NCBI RefSeq assembly: GCF_963921235.1 | Contig: NC_086109.1 | Coordinates: forward strand, 14,386,001 to 14,450,000 | Length of the DNA stretch: 64,000 nucleotides | Reading direction: 5' to 3' | Source of the DNA: Mobula hypostoma | Lineage: Eukaryota | Part shown: one piece after another, positions 1-11,384 of the stretch | How positions within the stretch are numbered: the stretch's first letter is position 1 | How the letters are laid out: every line of letters starts with the position of its first letter | The notes under the pieces: model-generated | Database searches by the model: none | What the model was told of the DNA's origin: nothing | The model's input: only the letters and a program-made list of their open reading frames with translations | Translations under genes and position numbers: made by a program

Positions 1-24
1 TTTTATTCTCCTATCATTTATGGT

Positions 25-690
25 TATAGAGCAGTACAGCACAGGAACAGGCCCTTTGGCCCATCTAGTCAGTGGCTGCCCGTCTTTTTTTTTGCCTAGT
101 TCTATCTACCCTCCATACCGTTCTCCCAACATCACAACTGAAACCACGTCTACTGTTTCCACTGGCAGGTCGTTCCACATTTGCACCCCCCTCTGCGCAA
201 AGCACTTTCCCCCAAAATTCCCCTTAAATATTTCACCTTTCACCTTAAACCTATAATCTCTAGTTCTAGACTCACCTGCCCCGAGTGGGAAAATGCATTC
301 ACCCCCGCCATACCCCTCATCAATTGGTCTATTAGACCTCCCTTCATTCTCCTGTGCTCCAGGAGGAAAAATACTAACATATTCAACCTATCCTCGTAAC
401 TCAGGTATTCAAGTCCTGGCAACAGCTGTGTAAATATTCTCTGCACTCTTTCAAGTTATTGATGTCTTTCTTGTAGGTAGGTAGGCAGGCATACAATACC
501 CAAAATTGGGTCTCACCAACAACTTGAATAACTTCAACATAATATCCCAGGTACTGCATTCCATGCCTTGATCTATGAAGGCCAATGTGCTAAAAGCTCT
601 CTTTAAAACCCTATCTAACTGTGATTCCACTTTCAAGGAATTACGGATCTGAATTCCCAGGTTCCTTTGTTCTATGGCATATGCCTGTTC
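25..690 (-). mobile_element. CR1 LINE 3' fragment
   Basis: Minus-strand ORFs give CR1 RT C-terminal motifs (QVDRV.K.AF..LAFI, LVRPN, QR.FT..LPGLE.LSY.DRL). Confidence 0.85.
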
Positions 691-919
691 CCTTGGGGTG
701 ATGAATCTGTGGAATTCAGTGCCATAGATGGCTATGGAGGCCATGTCATTGGGATATTAAATGCAGAGGTTGATAGGTTCTTGATTAGTAACATGGAGAT
801 AAGGCAGGAGAATGGATTGAGAGGGATAATAAGTCAGCCATGATGGAATGGTGGAGCAGACTCAATGGGCCAAATGGTCACCGTTCACTGTACAAGTCTT
901 CCTCCAAAGTACCCCCAAT

Positions 920-1125
920 TCACCTACACACTGGGGGCAATACATGGACGGGGATTAAATCTCCAATCTGCATGTCTGAGGGACGAGGGAAGAAACCAGA
1001 GCACTGAAGGGAAACCCACACCATCACAGAGAGAACATGTGAACTTTACAGACAGAGCACCAGAGGTCAGGACTGAACCCGGACTGATGAAGCTGTGAGG
1101 ATGGGCTCCACTAGCTAGCCACTGT
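920..1125 (-). mobile_element. V-SINE/HE1-like SINE
   Basis: Reverse complement of V-domain-like ...gtgggtttcc...ggtttcttccc with a tRNA-like head (cgggttcagtcctgacc). Confidence 0.65.
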
Positions 1126-1159
1126 GAGACGGTATGGTACAGTATTGTAGAAATTAGTG

Positions 1160-1360
1160 CGATGCTGTTTCAGAACCAGCAACTGGGTTCAACTCTAGCG
1201 CTGTCTGTAAGAAGTTTGTATGTTCTCCTCATGACCGTGGGTGTTTTCCCCCACATTCCAAAAGATGTACGGGTTAGTCAGTTAATTGGTCACTTTGAGT
1301 GTGCGGGTTTGTTGGGCTAGAAGAACCTGTTACCGAGCTGTATCTCTATATAAAATAAAA
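1160..1360 (+). mobile_element. V-SINE-like SINE
   Basis: B-box-like gggttcaactc followed by gtttgtatgttctcctcatgaccgtggg...cccacattccaaaagatgtacgggttag. Confidence 0.65.
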
Positions 1361-1381
1361 ATCCAACTTTGTTTATCAGTT

Positions 1382-1802
1382 GCACCCAGGGCATGTTCTC
1401 GTTCAGCTGCTGCCATTAGGAAGAAGGTACAGGAGCCTCGGTACTCATACCAGCAGGTTTAGAAAGAGTTATTACCCCTCAACCATCAGGCTCTTGAACC
1501 AAAGGGGATAACTTCACTCATCTTCACTTGCCCCATCACTGAGCAGTCCCACAACCATGGACTCCTTATCTCATGTTCTCAATATTTATTGCTTATTTAC
1601 TATTATTATTATTTCTTTCTCTTTGTTTTTACACAGTTTGATGTCTTCTGCACTCCAGTTGAATGCCCAAGATGGGCGGCCTTTCATTGATTCTGTTATG
1701 GTTATTATTCTTTTGATCTATTCGGTATGCCCACAAGAAAATGAATCTCATAGCTGTATATGGTGACAGATGTCTACTTTGATAATAAGTTTACTTTGAA
1801 CT
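1382..1802 (+). mobile_element. Rex1/Babar-like LINE 3' fragment
   Basis: Decayed HPGH...LLP.GRRYRSL..HT.RF..SYYPS.IRLLN terminus and tail aataagtttactttgaac. Related copy at 27205-27725. Confidence 0.75.
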
Positions 1803-2223
1803 TCTTTTGTTTCATTTATTCCCTCACACTGTCAACCTCTCCCTCTCAACTATCTCTGATCGCTTCTGAGGCCCTGTTCAAACCACCTCAGGCAAGTGGA
1901 AACAAACAGCAGCAGGAGCCCTTTGCCAATGGTAGAATGGTGAATGCAGCTTGAATCAAGAGTTCAACAGCGACACACAAGAGACTGCAGCTGCTGGAAT
2001 CTGACAGAGGAACTCAGTAGTCGAGCAGCAAACATGAGGGGGCGTCAGTGTTTTGGGTGGAGATCCTGCATCAAGATTGACTCAGTGGAGACAAAAGACC
2101 ATAAGGCCACATGACAAAGGATCAGTACTGGGCCAGAGTAAGAGAGTAAGAGTTCAGCACGGACCAGAAGGGCCGAGATGGCCTGTCTCCGTGCTGTAAT
2201 TGTTATATGGTTATATGGTTGTG

Positions 2224-2530
2224 CAGGCATGTGGCCAAGTGGTTAAGGCATTGGACTAGTGACCCGAAGGTCGTGAGTTTGAGCCCCAGCTGAGGCAACG
2301 TGTTGTGTCCTTGAGCAAGGCACTTAATCACACATTGCTCTGCGACGACACCTGTACCAAGCTGTATGGGTCCTAATGTCCTTCCCTTGGACAACATTGG
2401 TGTCGTGGAGAGGGGAGACTTACAGCATGGGCAACTGCTGGTCTTCCATACAACCTTGCCCAGGCCTGTGCCCTGGAGAGTGAAGACTTTCCAGGTGCAG
2501 ATCCATGGTCTCGTAAGACTAACAGATGCC
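2224..2530 (+). mobile_element. tRNA-derived SINE
   Basis: A-box tggccaagtgg and B-box-like gagtttgagcc, then gtgtccttgagcaaggcacttaa. Close copy on minus at 45645-45943, partial relative at 50880-51092. Confidence 0.8.
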
Positions 2531-3364
2531 TTTATATATGGTTATTTGGCCCATTGAGTCTACTCCACCATTCTATCAATTTATCTCTCAACCCCAGTCT
2601 CCTGACTTCTGCCTGTAACATTTGACCCCCTTACTAATCAAGAACCAATCAACCTTGGCTTTAAGTATACCCAATGACTTAGCATCCACAGCTGCCTGTG
2701 GCAATGAATTCCACAGATTCACAGAAACACTGCCAACCATTGTCCACCCATCCAGTTCCGCTGAACAGGAAAGAACAGGAAGTGCTAACATCATCTTTTG
2801 TGTTGGTTGTTAACACAACTGGCACACTTCACTGTATGTTTCAATGGTAAATGAGATAAACAGCCCAGTTACTGGGCAGAAAGTAAGTGTAAGTTGCCTG
2901 GCCCAGCTTTATCTCAGTGTCCACAGTAATTAGGAGCTAACAGGGTACAAACGTCCAATCTTTTTGACAAGTGGTAGGTTCCATGCTGCTACAAGCTCTT
3001 ATCTTCTGGACAATTATTTTTTTTAAACAGTAGATTGAATTCCTTATTTCTAAGCAGGACTCACTCTCTGTCATGCAGTGCTCTCTCAAGGCTCTCCGAG
3101 GATCATGAGCTTGGCGTGGTGGAAAGTCTTGTTAGTTCCTGAGGTCCAGAGTGATGCTGGCTGGAGTTTAGCTATCTGGCACTTAGCGCCTGGTAGGGTC
3201 AGTCATGGCGGTAAGGTCAAAGGGGAGGAAAGCATGGCAGGGCTTCTCTGACTCCAGAGAATGCTCCACCTCTGCTGTGTAGCCATATCTGAGGATCATC
3301 ACCTTGCTGTGGTGGAGAGGCTTGTGAGTTCCTGAGACCCTAAGAGTGATGCTCTCTGGATCGT

Positions 3365-4352
3365 CAAGATGGCGCCAGCATACAGCCCTCCCTCAGTCAA
3401 CATCTTCCAGATAGCTCATGAAAATATATTTTTTACTTCTTTGACATCTGCTTTTCATCTTAAATGTGTTTCTGGGACTGTTAGAACCTGTGATTTGCAG
3501 TTTGGAGATCATTTGAGTGATCCAGTGCTTTGCTGTCTCCGAGAAGATTCCGGGAAGCGAGTACGTACTTGGATGGCCTCGACATGGAGAAACTCCGAGA
3601 TGGGATGCGAGCCCACGTCTGACTCCGTTTCGCCATTTAAAGCGTCCATTATTCACCAATTAAAGTGTCGAAGAAGATTGAGACATCGAGGTGCACGCAG
3701 AAGGCGAGCGAGAGTTTCAGTGCCGATTTCCTACCTTTTGAGTCTGTGAGCAGCCTATCACTGTGTGGCTCACTGTGGCGGGTAAGGAGTCTGTGAGCAG
3801 CCTATCACTGTGTAGCTCACTGTGGCGGGTGGGAAGGAGTCTGTGAGCAGCCTATCACTGTGTGGCTCACTGTGGCAGGCAGGCAGGTAGGCCTCTCAGC
3901 CTCGTGTGGTGTCCCCTTCTTTCAATGAATGTTGGTGATATCGGAGGATGGTATCGTGGTTCTGCGTTTATGGATTCAATTATTGTGTTTATAGACTGTG
4001 AACTTTTACAGACTTATGGTTTTTATACTCTACTTTATACTTTACTGTTTTGTTGTGCGAGGGGAGGGTGTTTGGGGGTTTGAAGTTCTGTTCATGTTCC
4101 ACTCGGTTTTGTGTGGGGGAAGGGTTGCTTCTCGGGGGTTGATGCTCCTGTTCTGTTTTGTGCGGGGGCAGGAGGGTGGCTTTGGGGGAATTGATGATCA
4201 GGATGCCGGTTTTTTTTGTTGGGGGGGTGGGTTTGATGTTTCTCTCTGAACCACTTTCATGTTCTTCCTTTGTTTCATGGCTATCTGGAGAAGACGAATT
4301 TCAGAGTTGAATATGGATATATGCTTTGATAATAAAAAAGTCTTTGAACCTT
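3365..4352 (+). mobile_element. Non-autonomous retroelement (CAAGATGGCG 5' end, LINE-like tail)
   Basis: Begins caagatggcg, no recognisable ORF, ends aatttcagagttg...aataaaaaagtctttgaaccttt like other LINE tails here. Confidence 0.55.
3740..3880. repeat. Tandem repeat, 3 copies of ~47-50 bp
   Basis: Unit gagtctgtgagcagcctatcactgtgt(g/a)gctcactgtggc occurs three times head to tail. Confidence 0.95.
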
Positions 4353-6120
4353 TTCTGTAGGGTCACCTATGGTAGTATGGTCAAAGGAGAGGCTCCAGAC
4401 AAAGAATGATCCAACCAAGCCCTCAGTGGTGGAGCTAGCAGAAGATGTTGATGCATCACAGCGGCTGTGAAGGTGGAGGAAGACTGCAGCAGTGAAGAGT
4501 ACCCAGTCATCTTGCACTCCATACCACTGGACCCTGGTCTCGAATTGTCACGGATCATGTGGTGCTTACCAGTGCATCAGCCTCCCCACGTTAAGCAAAG
4601 TCACGTACTGGTGTTCTCCATTTATGTGGATCCTGGATCAGTCTTTACAGTTACCTGAAGGTGCACCATTAGAGAACCCCTTAGGAGAAGATCATACTCG
4701 ACCCAAGTGAGCACACTACTACTGCTCTCTCTGGAAGTGTGAGGATACGAGCCTGGCAAAGAGTGCGCTAAGTCTATCATGGGCAATGGCTCTGCCAGCT
4801 GTTACGGATGGGACTAAGAAGCCAGTAGATTTGGGTCTGCCTAACACTACAGTCAGTGTAGAGAGCACCCTACACTGTTGTCGCGTGAGAGAGTAATACA
4901 ACATGGAAAGAAGCCCTACAGCTCGACTCAAGGAAGGTGCTATGCAACCCACTCTCGGTCCTTATTCCAAAGTCTGACGTCAATGAAAATTTAAAATCTG
5001 TGGGCGCCTGGCGTACTACCACCAATGGCTCAATACTTCTGTTATATTGGCCAAGCATTGGTGGGCACGCTTGTCCTGAATTGTCGTCAGAAGGGATTCA
5101 TCCCAGGTACCCCGGGCCCTAATGAGAACATTGATATTTTAAGCAATTATAAAAGGTGGATGAGGGGAACCATGAAGACAAGCTTTTGTTCTTATTGACT
5201 GGACCTATGCATTTGACTCTGTCGGCCACAGGCTTATTGTCGAAGCCTTGGATCCTCACCACCTCTGAACGGACGGCCAATTAAACCATTTTGTTTCGCT
5301 TAGCGCATTTTACGTGATGTCTTTCCTGCACCACCAGTGACTCCAGAAGACTCAGGCCTGTCTTCTAAATGATGAAAGAAGCATGACATTTAAAGGAAAT
5401 GGTTCCTAAATGATGCATGAGCACTGACTGTGCTCTATCATTTGTAAAGGTCAGTCTCCAGCTATGGAATCCTTATTTGAGCAACGACTGAAGCTTGAGT
5501 GTTAAAATGAACAGGAACTCAGAAAGTCCTATGAGAAAAGGTTGAGAAAGCTGGGGTTTTTCTCTCTGGATGAGTGGTGACCTGATAGAGGTGTACAAGA
5601 TGATAAGGGGCACTGATTGAGTGGATAGTCCTGTGAAGTTAGAATACTACGCTAAAGATAAAGTCAAGTTTATTGGCATTTGCACAAGTATACGCATGTA
5701 CAGGTGCAATGGAAAACTAACTTATACAATAACTTTGCAGACACAGATTCATATAAACAGCGTTTGCAAGAGGAAGCATACTGAACATAAATTATATGCA
5801 ATTTCTACATGAACAAACACAGTTAGAACCAAAGAAGACCAAGTCCATTTTAGTGTAAAGTGATCAAAGTTGTCATAGTGTTATCAAACTTTAGTGATTA
5901 CCATTTTGCTGGTTGGTTCAAGAACCGAATGCCTGAAAGGAAGTATCTCCATCCTGGCGGTGTGGAACTTCAGGCTTCTCTACCTCCTGCCCAATGGTGG
6001 ATGGCGTGGCTCAGACGGTGCACAGCTTTGATGATGGATGTTGCCATCTTGAGGCAGCAGCTCCTGTAGATACCACCAATGATGGGGAGAGATGTGTCCA
6101 TGAAGTATTGGATATCCAGT

Positions 6121-7286
6121 AAGATGGCGGCTCGTACACACACGGCGGCCTACTGGGGGTCAACCGAAGGTGCATTTTCTTTGTTAAGTGTGGTCTTAAA
6201 CATAGTAAGACTATTCTTGACTCCATTAACTACCTGTACAGCAGGTCCGCTGCATCGGTGAGCTGCTCATTATTCAAAGTAGCCTGCCGGGATGTCATAA
6301 GAGCCAGCTGGTGGTTAGAAGAAGGCAAGTAGGGCTGGGGAGGTCGAATTGGGCAATTGGCCTGGTGTTTGGAGCCGGGTCATTGAGCCAGGAGATTAGA
6401 GCTGGGCCTTCAGGCTGGGGGTGTCAAATTGGGCCTTCAGGCCTGGGGATTTGAGCTGGGCCTTCAGGCTGGGGGTGTCAAACTGGGTCTTCAGGCCTGG
6501 GGATTTGAGCTGGGCCTTCAGGCTGGGGGTGTCAAACTGGGTCTTCAGGCCTGGGGATTTGAGCTGGGCCTTCAGGCTGGGGGTGTCAAACTGGGTCTTC
6601 AGGCCTGGGGATTTGAGCTGGGCCATTGGGCTGGGATTCTAGTCAGGTCTTCGGGCTGGGGGATTCAAGCCGGGCCATTTGGCCAGGCCATCAGGCTGGG
6701 GGATTTACGCCAGGCCACTGGGCTGCAGGAGAAGCTGGATCGGGTTTGGAAGAGCTGTCCTGGGTGGATCCTGTGCTGCCGCCCGCTTCTCGGAGGCACC
6801 AGAGTTGGTGCCTTCGAGTTGATGTGAAGGAGGCATGCAGTGAAACTGTGAGTGACTGTCTCGGACATTTCTTTTGTGATTGCAAGACCCCGTTGGACAT
6901 TGATTGCTGCAGGTCTGCTTCTCTTGTTTGGTGGTGAAATAGGCAGCAAGGCAGCAACGTCGCCTCTGTTGTAGCTAGGACTAAGCCTCAGTCCTCGGGC
7001 TTGCGTTGTAGCGTGGCATCCAGGCTCAGTTGGGGATGGCCTCGCCTGTTGGTGCTGCCCTCTAGTGGTGGATCAGTGGAATTATAGGCTGGACTGCCGG
7101 GAACCATCAATTTGTGGGACTTGGACTAAAAATTTGTTTTCTTACGTGACTATGTTCTTTTCTTCCTTCTTTCTTGCTGCTATGAATGCACATGTATGTT
7201 TTTGCGCCTTGAACCCAGAGGAACACTGTCTTATTCGGCTGTATCCATGTGTGGTTTCAATGTCAATTAAACTTGATTTGATTTGA
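6121..7286 (+). mobile_element. Non-autonomous retroelement nested in a minus-strand Rex1-like remnant
   Basis: Starts aagatggcgg, ends attaaacttgatttgatttga; the Rex1-like sequence at ~5900-6118 resumes at ~7290-7430. Confidence 0.55.
6398..6625. repeat. Minisatellite, 54-bp unit, ~4.2 copies
   Basis: gagctgggccttcaggctgggggtgtcaaactgggtcttcaggcctggggattt repeated nearly perfectly; the unit is a diverged dimer of ~27 bp. Confidence 0.97.
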
Positions 7287-10200
7287 CAGACTTCACTACT
7301 ATCTGTAACTTCTTACGTTCACCAGACCATGATACAACCAGTCAGGGTACTTTCAACAGCACATCTGTAGAAGTTTGTTAAAATTTTCAGTGATAATCAG
7401 CATCTCCTTAACCTCCTGAGGAAGTACATTAAAATCTCAACATAAATACTGATTCCTCCAAGAGGACAGCAATCTTGTAGGGTTTGGAGGCTTGCGTGCC
7501 TCAGTGACCCGGAGATCTATGTTAGCTGGGGTTAGGGCTTTACTTTTTGGCTCTTGGTAGGTTCACCTATGCCTAACAGGTCAAAGGGTAGAGGTCAGAT
7601 TAAGAGTGGTCCACTGGTCCCCCTGGTTCAGGAGTTCAGCTCAGGGCTAACAAGCCTGACTGGTAAAACAAAACTGTTACGGAAACAGCAATGAAGAATC
7701 ACTCCACCTCTGAGTGTGACGGTATTCCTGAGTCTTCACCCAGAACTTGCGTGACTGACAGTAGTGAAAATTGAGAGGAAGCTACTGACATGATGAACAC
7801 CACTGGAGATGGAGGACCTTCATTGCTGTCCTAAATGCCAGCGGTGTAACAGGCGGTAGAGATAAATACTGATTGTTCTTCTCTCCTTGAATGGCAAGCA
7901 AACCTATTCTTTCCAAGTGACCAGGCTGTAATTGGAGTTAAATTTGAAAGTAATTTCTGACCAGCAAGTGTCAATAGCAGTGATCTGAAATTGCACAAAT
8001 GCTAGGCAATGCTATTTGAACCGTGGCACTGAGATATCTGAGAGCATAAAGAAAAGCTGCAAGAGTAGTCCATTTCAACTCCCAAGCTCTGACCCATCAT
8101 TCAATATGATCACCTTCCACATCTGATCTCCTATGACAGGTCATCATAATTCCCTGATCTTTTTAAAAATGTCTTCCTCTTTCTCATTAAATGCCCCTAT
8201 GATCCAACCTCAATATCCTTCAGGGGTAGGGAATTCTGGAGATTTATTACCCTATCACATAGAACTTCAAATAATTCCGATAATACAACACTGCAATTAT
8301 TTCTTTTCAGCTATTCTTGTGGTTAAATCAGCTCTGCCATAAAGAGTGATTTATATTTCCAAAACAATCACCGTTTTATAGATGCTGCTTGGAAAGTCGG
8401 AAATCTTTAATAGCTAAGCACCATACTTATAATCAAGGCAAATAATGATTTATGGGATACAGTAAATTTGATTTAGCATGAGCACTAACATGCTGAAAAT
8501 CAAACCCTTCATCAAGAAAAAAATTCTGAAATACATACCTTAAATTGTTGCTGTTCAAACCCTTGCAAAGTAACTGAGGGAACTCCACTCCTCTCCTCAT
8601 GTAGGTAAGAATCCCATGCAGTGAGATTAACTTAGCCTAATGTGGCCAAGTGGTCCTGCACACTGCTTTCTCTCCGTGTCACGCAGGCTCAGTGCTGGGT
8701 GCCTGTATTGGAAATTCACTACAACTTCCCCCCAGCCTCTCTTATGCAGTCTACCACACACGTCACCACACCAGGAGTCCTCCCCAGTCTGTGAAGTTTC
8801 ATTAAAGTCAGCATGCTTGAGTCAGACCTGTCAGTCCTGCAGTTGCGAGGTGGGAGGATATTGAAATTCAGACCCACCCACCACCCACCAGTGTGAAGCC
8901 CAACATCCCACTCCACTTCTCCAACTGATTGTCTGTAGTTGTAGTAATCCATCCACCCCTCAATATCGGACGTCATCCCTTTCAGGAACTGCCCTAATAA
9001 TAAAACCTTGCCTGAAAGCTTTGAGATTCAGATGGTGTTGCATCGACATTCCCATTCAAAGCAGAATTTCATTAACAGCCTGCGAATAAAGGGCGACATG
9101 GACAAAGTACTTCTCTCCCTGGTTCAGCTTATCCCTTTAATGTTTCGATATTGATGCTTATCTAAGAAAAATTATACTGTGCTGTGGAAGTAGAACACAG
9201 GCTAACTATATGAATTTGGTAAGTTGGTTTATTATTGTCACGTATATTGCGGTATGGAGAAAAAACTTTGTATTTGCATGCTATCCATACAAATAATTTC
9301 ATTGCAAAAGTGTACTGAGATAAAGATAAAGACACACTTTATTTGTTATATGTATATGGCTCTTGATTGGACATGGATCAAATTTACGGGGAGAAGGCCA
9401 GGAGTGGGGCTTTGGAGAGGAAAAAAGGATCAGCCATGATTGAACGGCAGAGCAGATTGAATGGGCCAAATGGCCTAATTCTGTTCCTATGTCTTATGGT
9501 CTTATGGTCTTATATCAAAACATTAAAACAAACAGTGAACTCTATCATTTTTGCATCAACACAGTCCAAGGATTATGTTGAGGTCAGACCACAAGTGCTG
9601 CCATGATTCCAATGCCAAGATAGCATGCTGTAATTTTACTAACCCTAACCCGTACGCCTTTAGAATGTGGGAGGAATCTGGAGCACCAGAGGAAACCCAA
9701 GGAGTCATGGGGAGAACAAAGAAACAAAGGCAGGAATTGAAAGCTGATTGTGGTCACTGGCACCATAAAGCGTTACGCTAACTGCCGCACTACTGCACCT
9801 CATTGATAGTACAAGGAAATGCAATAACAGAATGTATGGTCCGAGCATCATTCATTCAGGTGCCTTGCTGTTCGGCGTGGGCGATCATGTCTCTCCATCC
9901 ATCATGGTCCCTGACCTTCCGAATTGTAGTTGTCACCTCCAAGCAACACACACAAAATGCGGGAGGAACTCTACAGGCCAGGCAGCATCTATGGAAAAAA
10001 GTACAGTCAAAGTTTCGGGCCGAGAGCTTTGTCGAAGGATCTCACAGCATTTTGTATGTCTCGCTTGCATATCTAGCATCTGCAGATTTTCTCTTGTTTG
10101 TGACAGAATGCATAGTAAAGTGTTATAGAGAAAGTGCAGTGCAAATAGACAAGGAGGTGCAAGGTGATAATGAGGTAGATTGTGAGGTCAAGAGTCTATC

Positions 10201-11384
10201 TCATCATACTAGGGGACCATTCAATAGTTTTATGACAGCAAGATGGAAGCTTTCCTTGGGCTTAGTGCTATATGCTTTCAAGCTTTTGTATCTGCTTCCC
10301 ATTTGGGAGGGGCAAAGGAGAAAGAATGTCCAGAGTGGGTGGGCTCTCTGTTTATGTTGGCTGTTTTACCGACACAAGCGAGAAGCAGGGCAGCAAGATA
10401 TCCAGAATTAGGAGATTAATTTATGAGATGAAAGTCAGGAGATGAACTCCCTATATTCTCTGGAGTTCAGCCAGCTGAAGGTTGATCTTACAAAGGAAAC
10501 CAAATTCCTAAAGGGGACACTTAGCTACCCATAATGCCTTTGACCTGTTTGGCATAGGTGACCCTACCAAGAACTAAAGCATAAAGCCCTTACTCCAGCC
10601 AACATAGTTCTCTGGGTCATGAAGGCACGCAAGCCTCCAAACCCTACAACGAGGGTGCGGTCTCTTGGAGGAAAGTAGAGAAGCGAGGGGTGAAACATCT
10701 AGAACAGGCCACATTTCACATCAGACAATTACACTTATCACCAAGATGAGAATTTTATTCACTCAGTCTGTGAATATCTCAGCCCCAGTGCATTGTAAGT
10801 CCTCTGTCATTGAATATATCCAGGGGGTGGAAATAGGATTCAATATGACTTCACGGATTTTAGATTCCACTGCAGTGAGGCGGGCAATTCAGCAGCTAAA
10901 TTACACACAGTTACTAAACTACTTTTTCAGATATGTGAAAATAAATATTTTCCTGCTCTTCTTCAAGTTTGTACATGTAAACTTTCATGTCCGATTGCAA
11001 GTGTAGCTGGAGCTCTGTCCAAACGTATCATTAAACCCAACAGTGACCCATTGCTTAGATATTAGTGTTACACGCTCTGAAATGAGCCCAAGAAAGAACA
11101 TTACCACAGCACTTCAAATTTAGAAATAGGAAATAGAGTTGCTGCTTTACAGTACCAAAGATCTGGGTTCAGTCCTGACCTAGGATGCAGTCTGTGTGGA
11201 ATTTGCGCAGTGTGCTTTTCCTGTGACCGCGATGGTTCCCTCCCAGTGCTCTGATTTTGTCCCTCATCCCAAAAAACATCTAGGTTGGTAGGCTAATTGG
11301 CCAATGTAAATTGCCCCTAGTAATGGTAGAATCTGGGAGGAAAAACGGGATTAAATTAAAGATAGTTTAAAAGCATTCTTAAGT

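Larger units (their letters stand above)
3290..4620 (+). mobile_element. RTE (Expander/Rex3-like) 5' remnant interrupted by a nested element
   Basis: atcaccttgctgtggtggagagg...gatgctctctgga resumes at ~4355 as gtagggtcacctatgg...ccagacaaaga. Similar remnants at 3100-3230, 7470-7860 and 10520-10665. Confidence 0.55.

Noticed and set aside
2224..2300. tRNA genes (also 16651-16725 and 45870-45943)
   Set aside because: The A/B boxes continue into SINE bodies and no complete cloverleaf is evident.
6396..6827. Repetitive ORFs (GLQAWGFEL..., AQLKSPGLK...) or a CRISPR-like array
   Set aside because: These are translations of a 54-bp minisatellite. There are no unique spacers or cas genes, and the context is vertebrate.
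8719..8976. 85-aa minus-strand ORF (MTSDIEGWMDYY...)
   Set aside because: No recognisable homology or signal peptide.
9803..10411. 202-aa ORF
   Set aside because: It runs across several unrelated repeat fragments and resembles no protein family I recognise.
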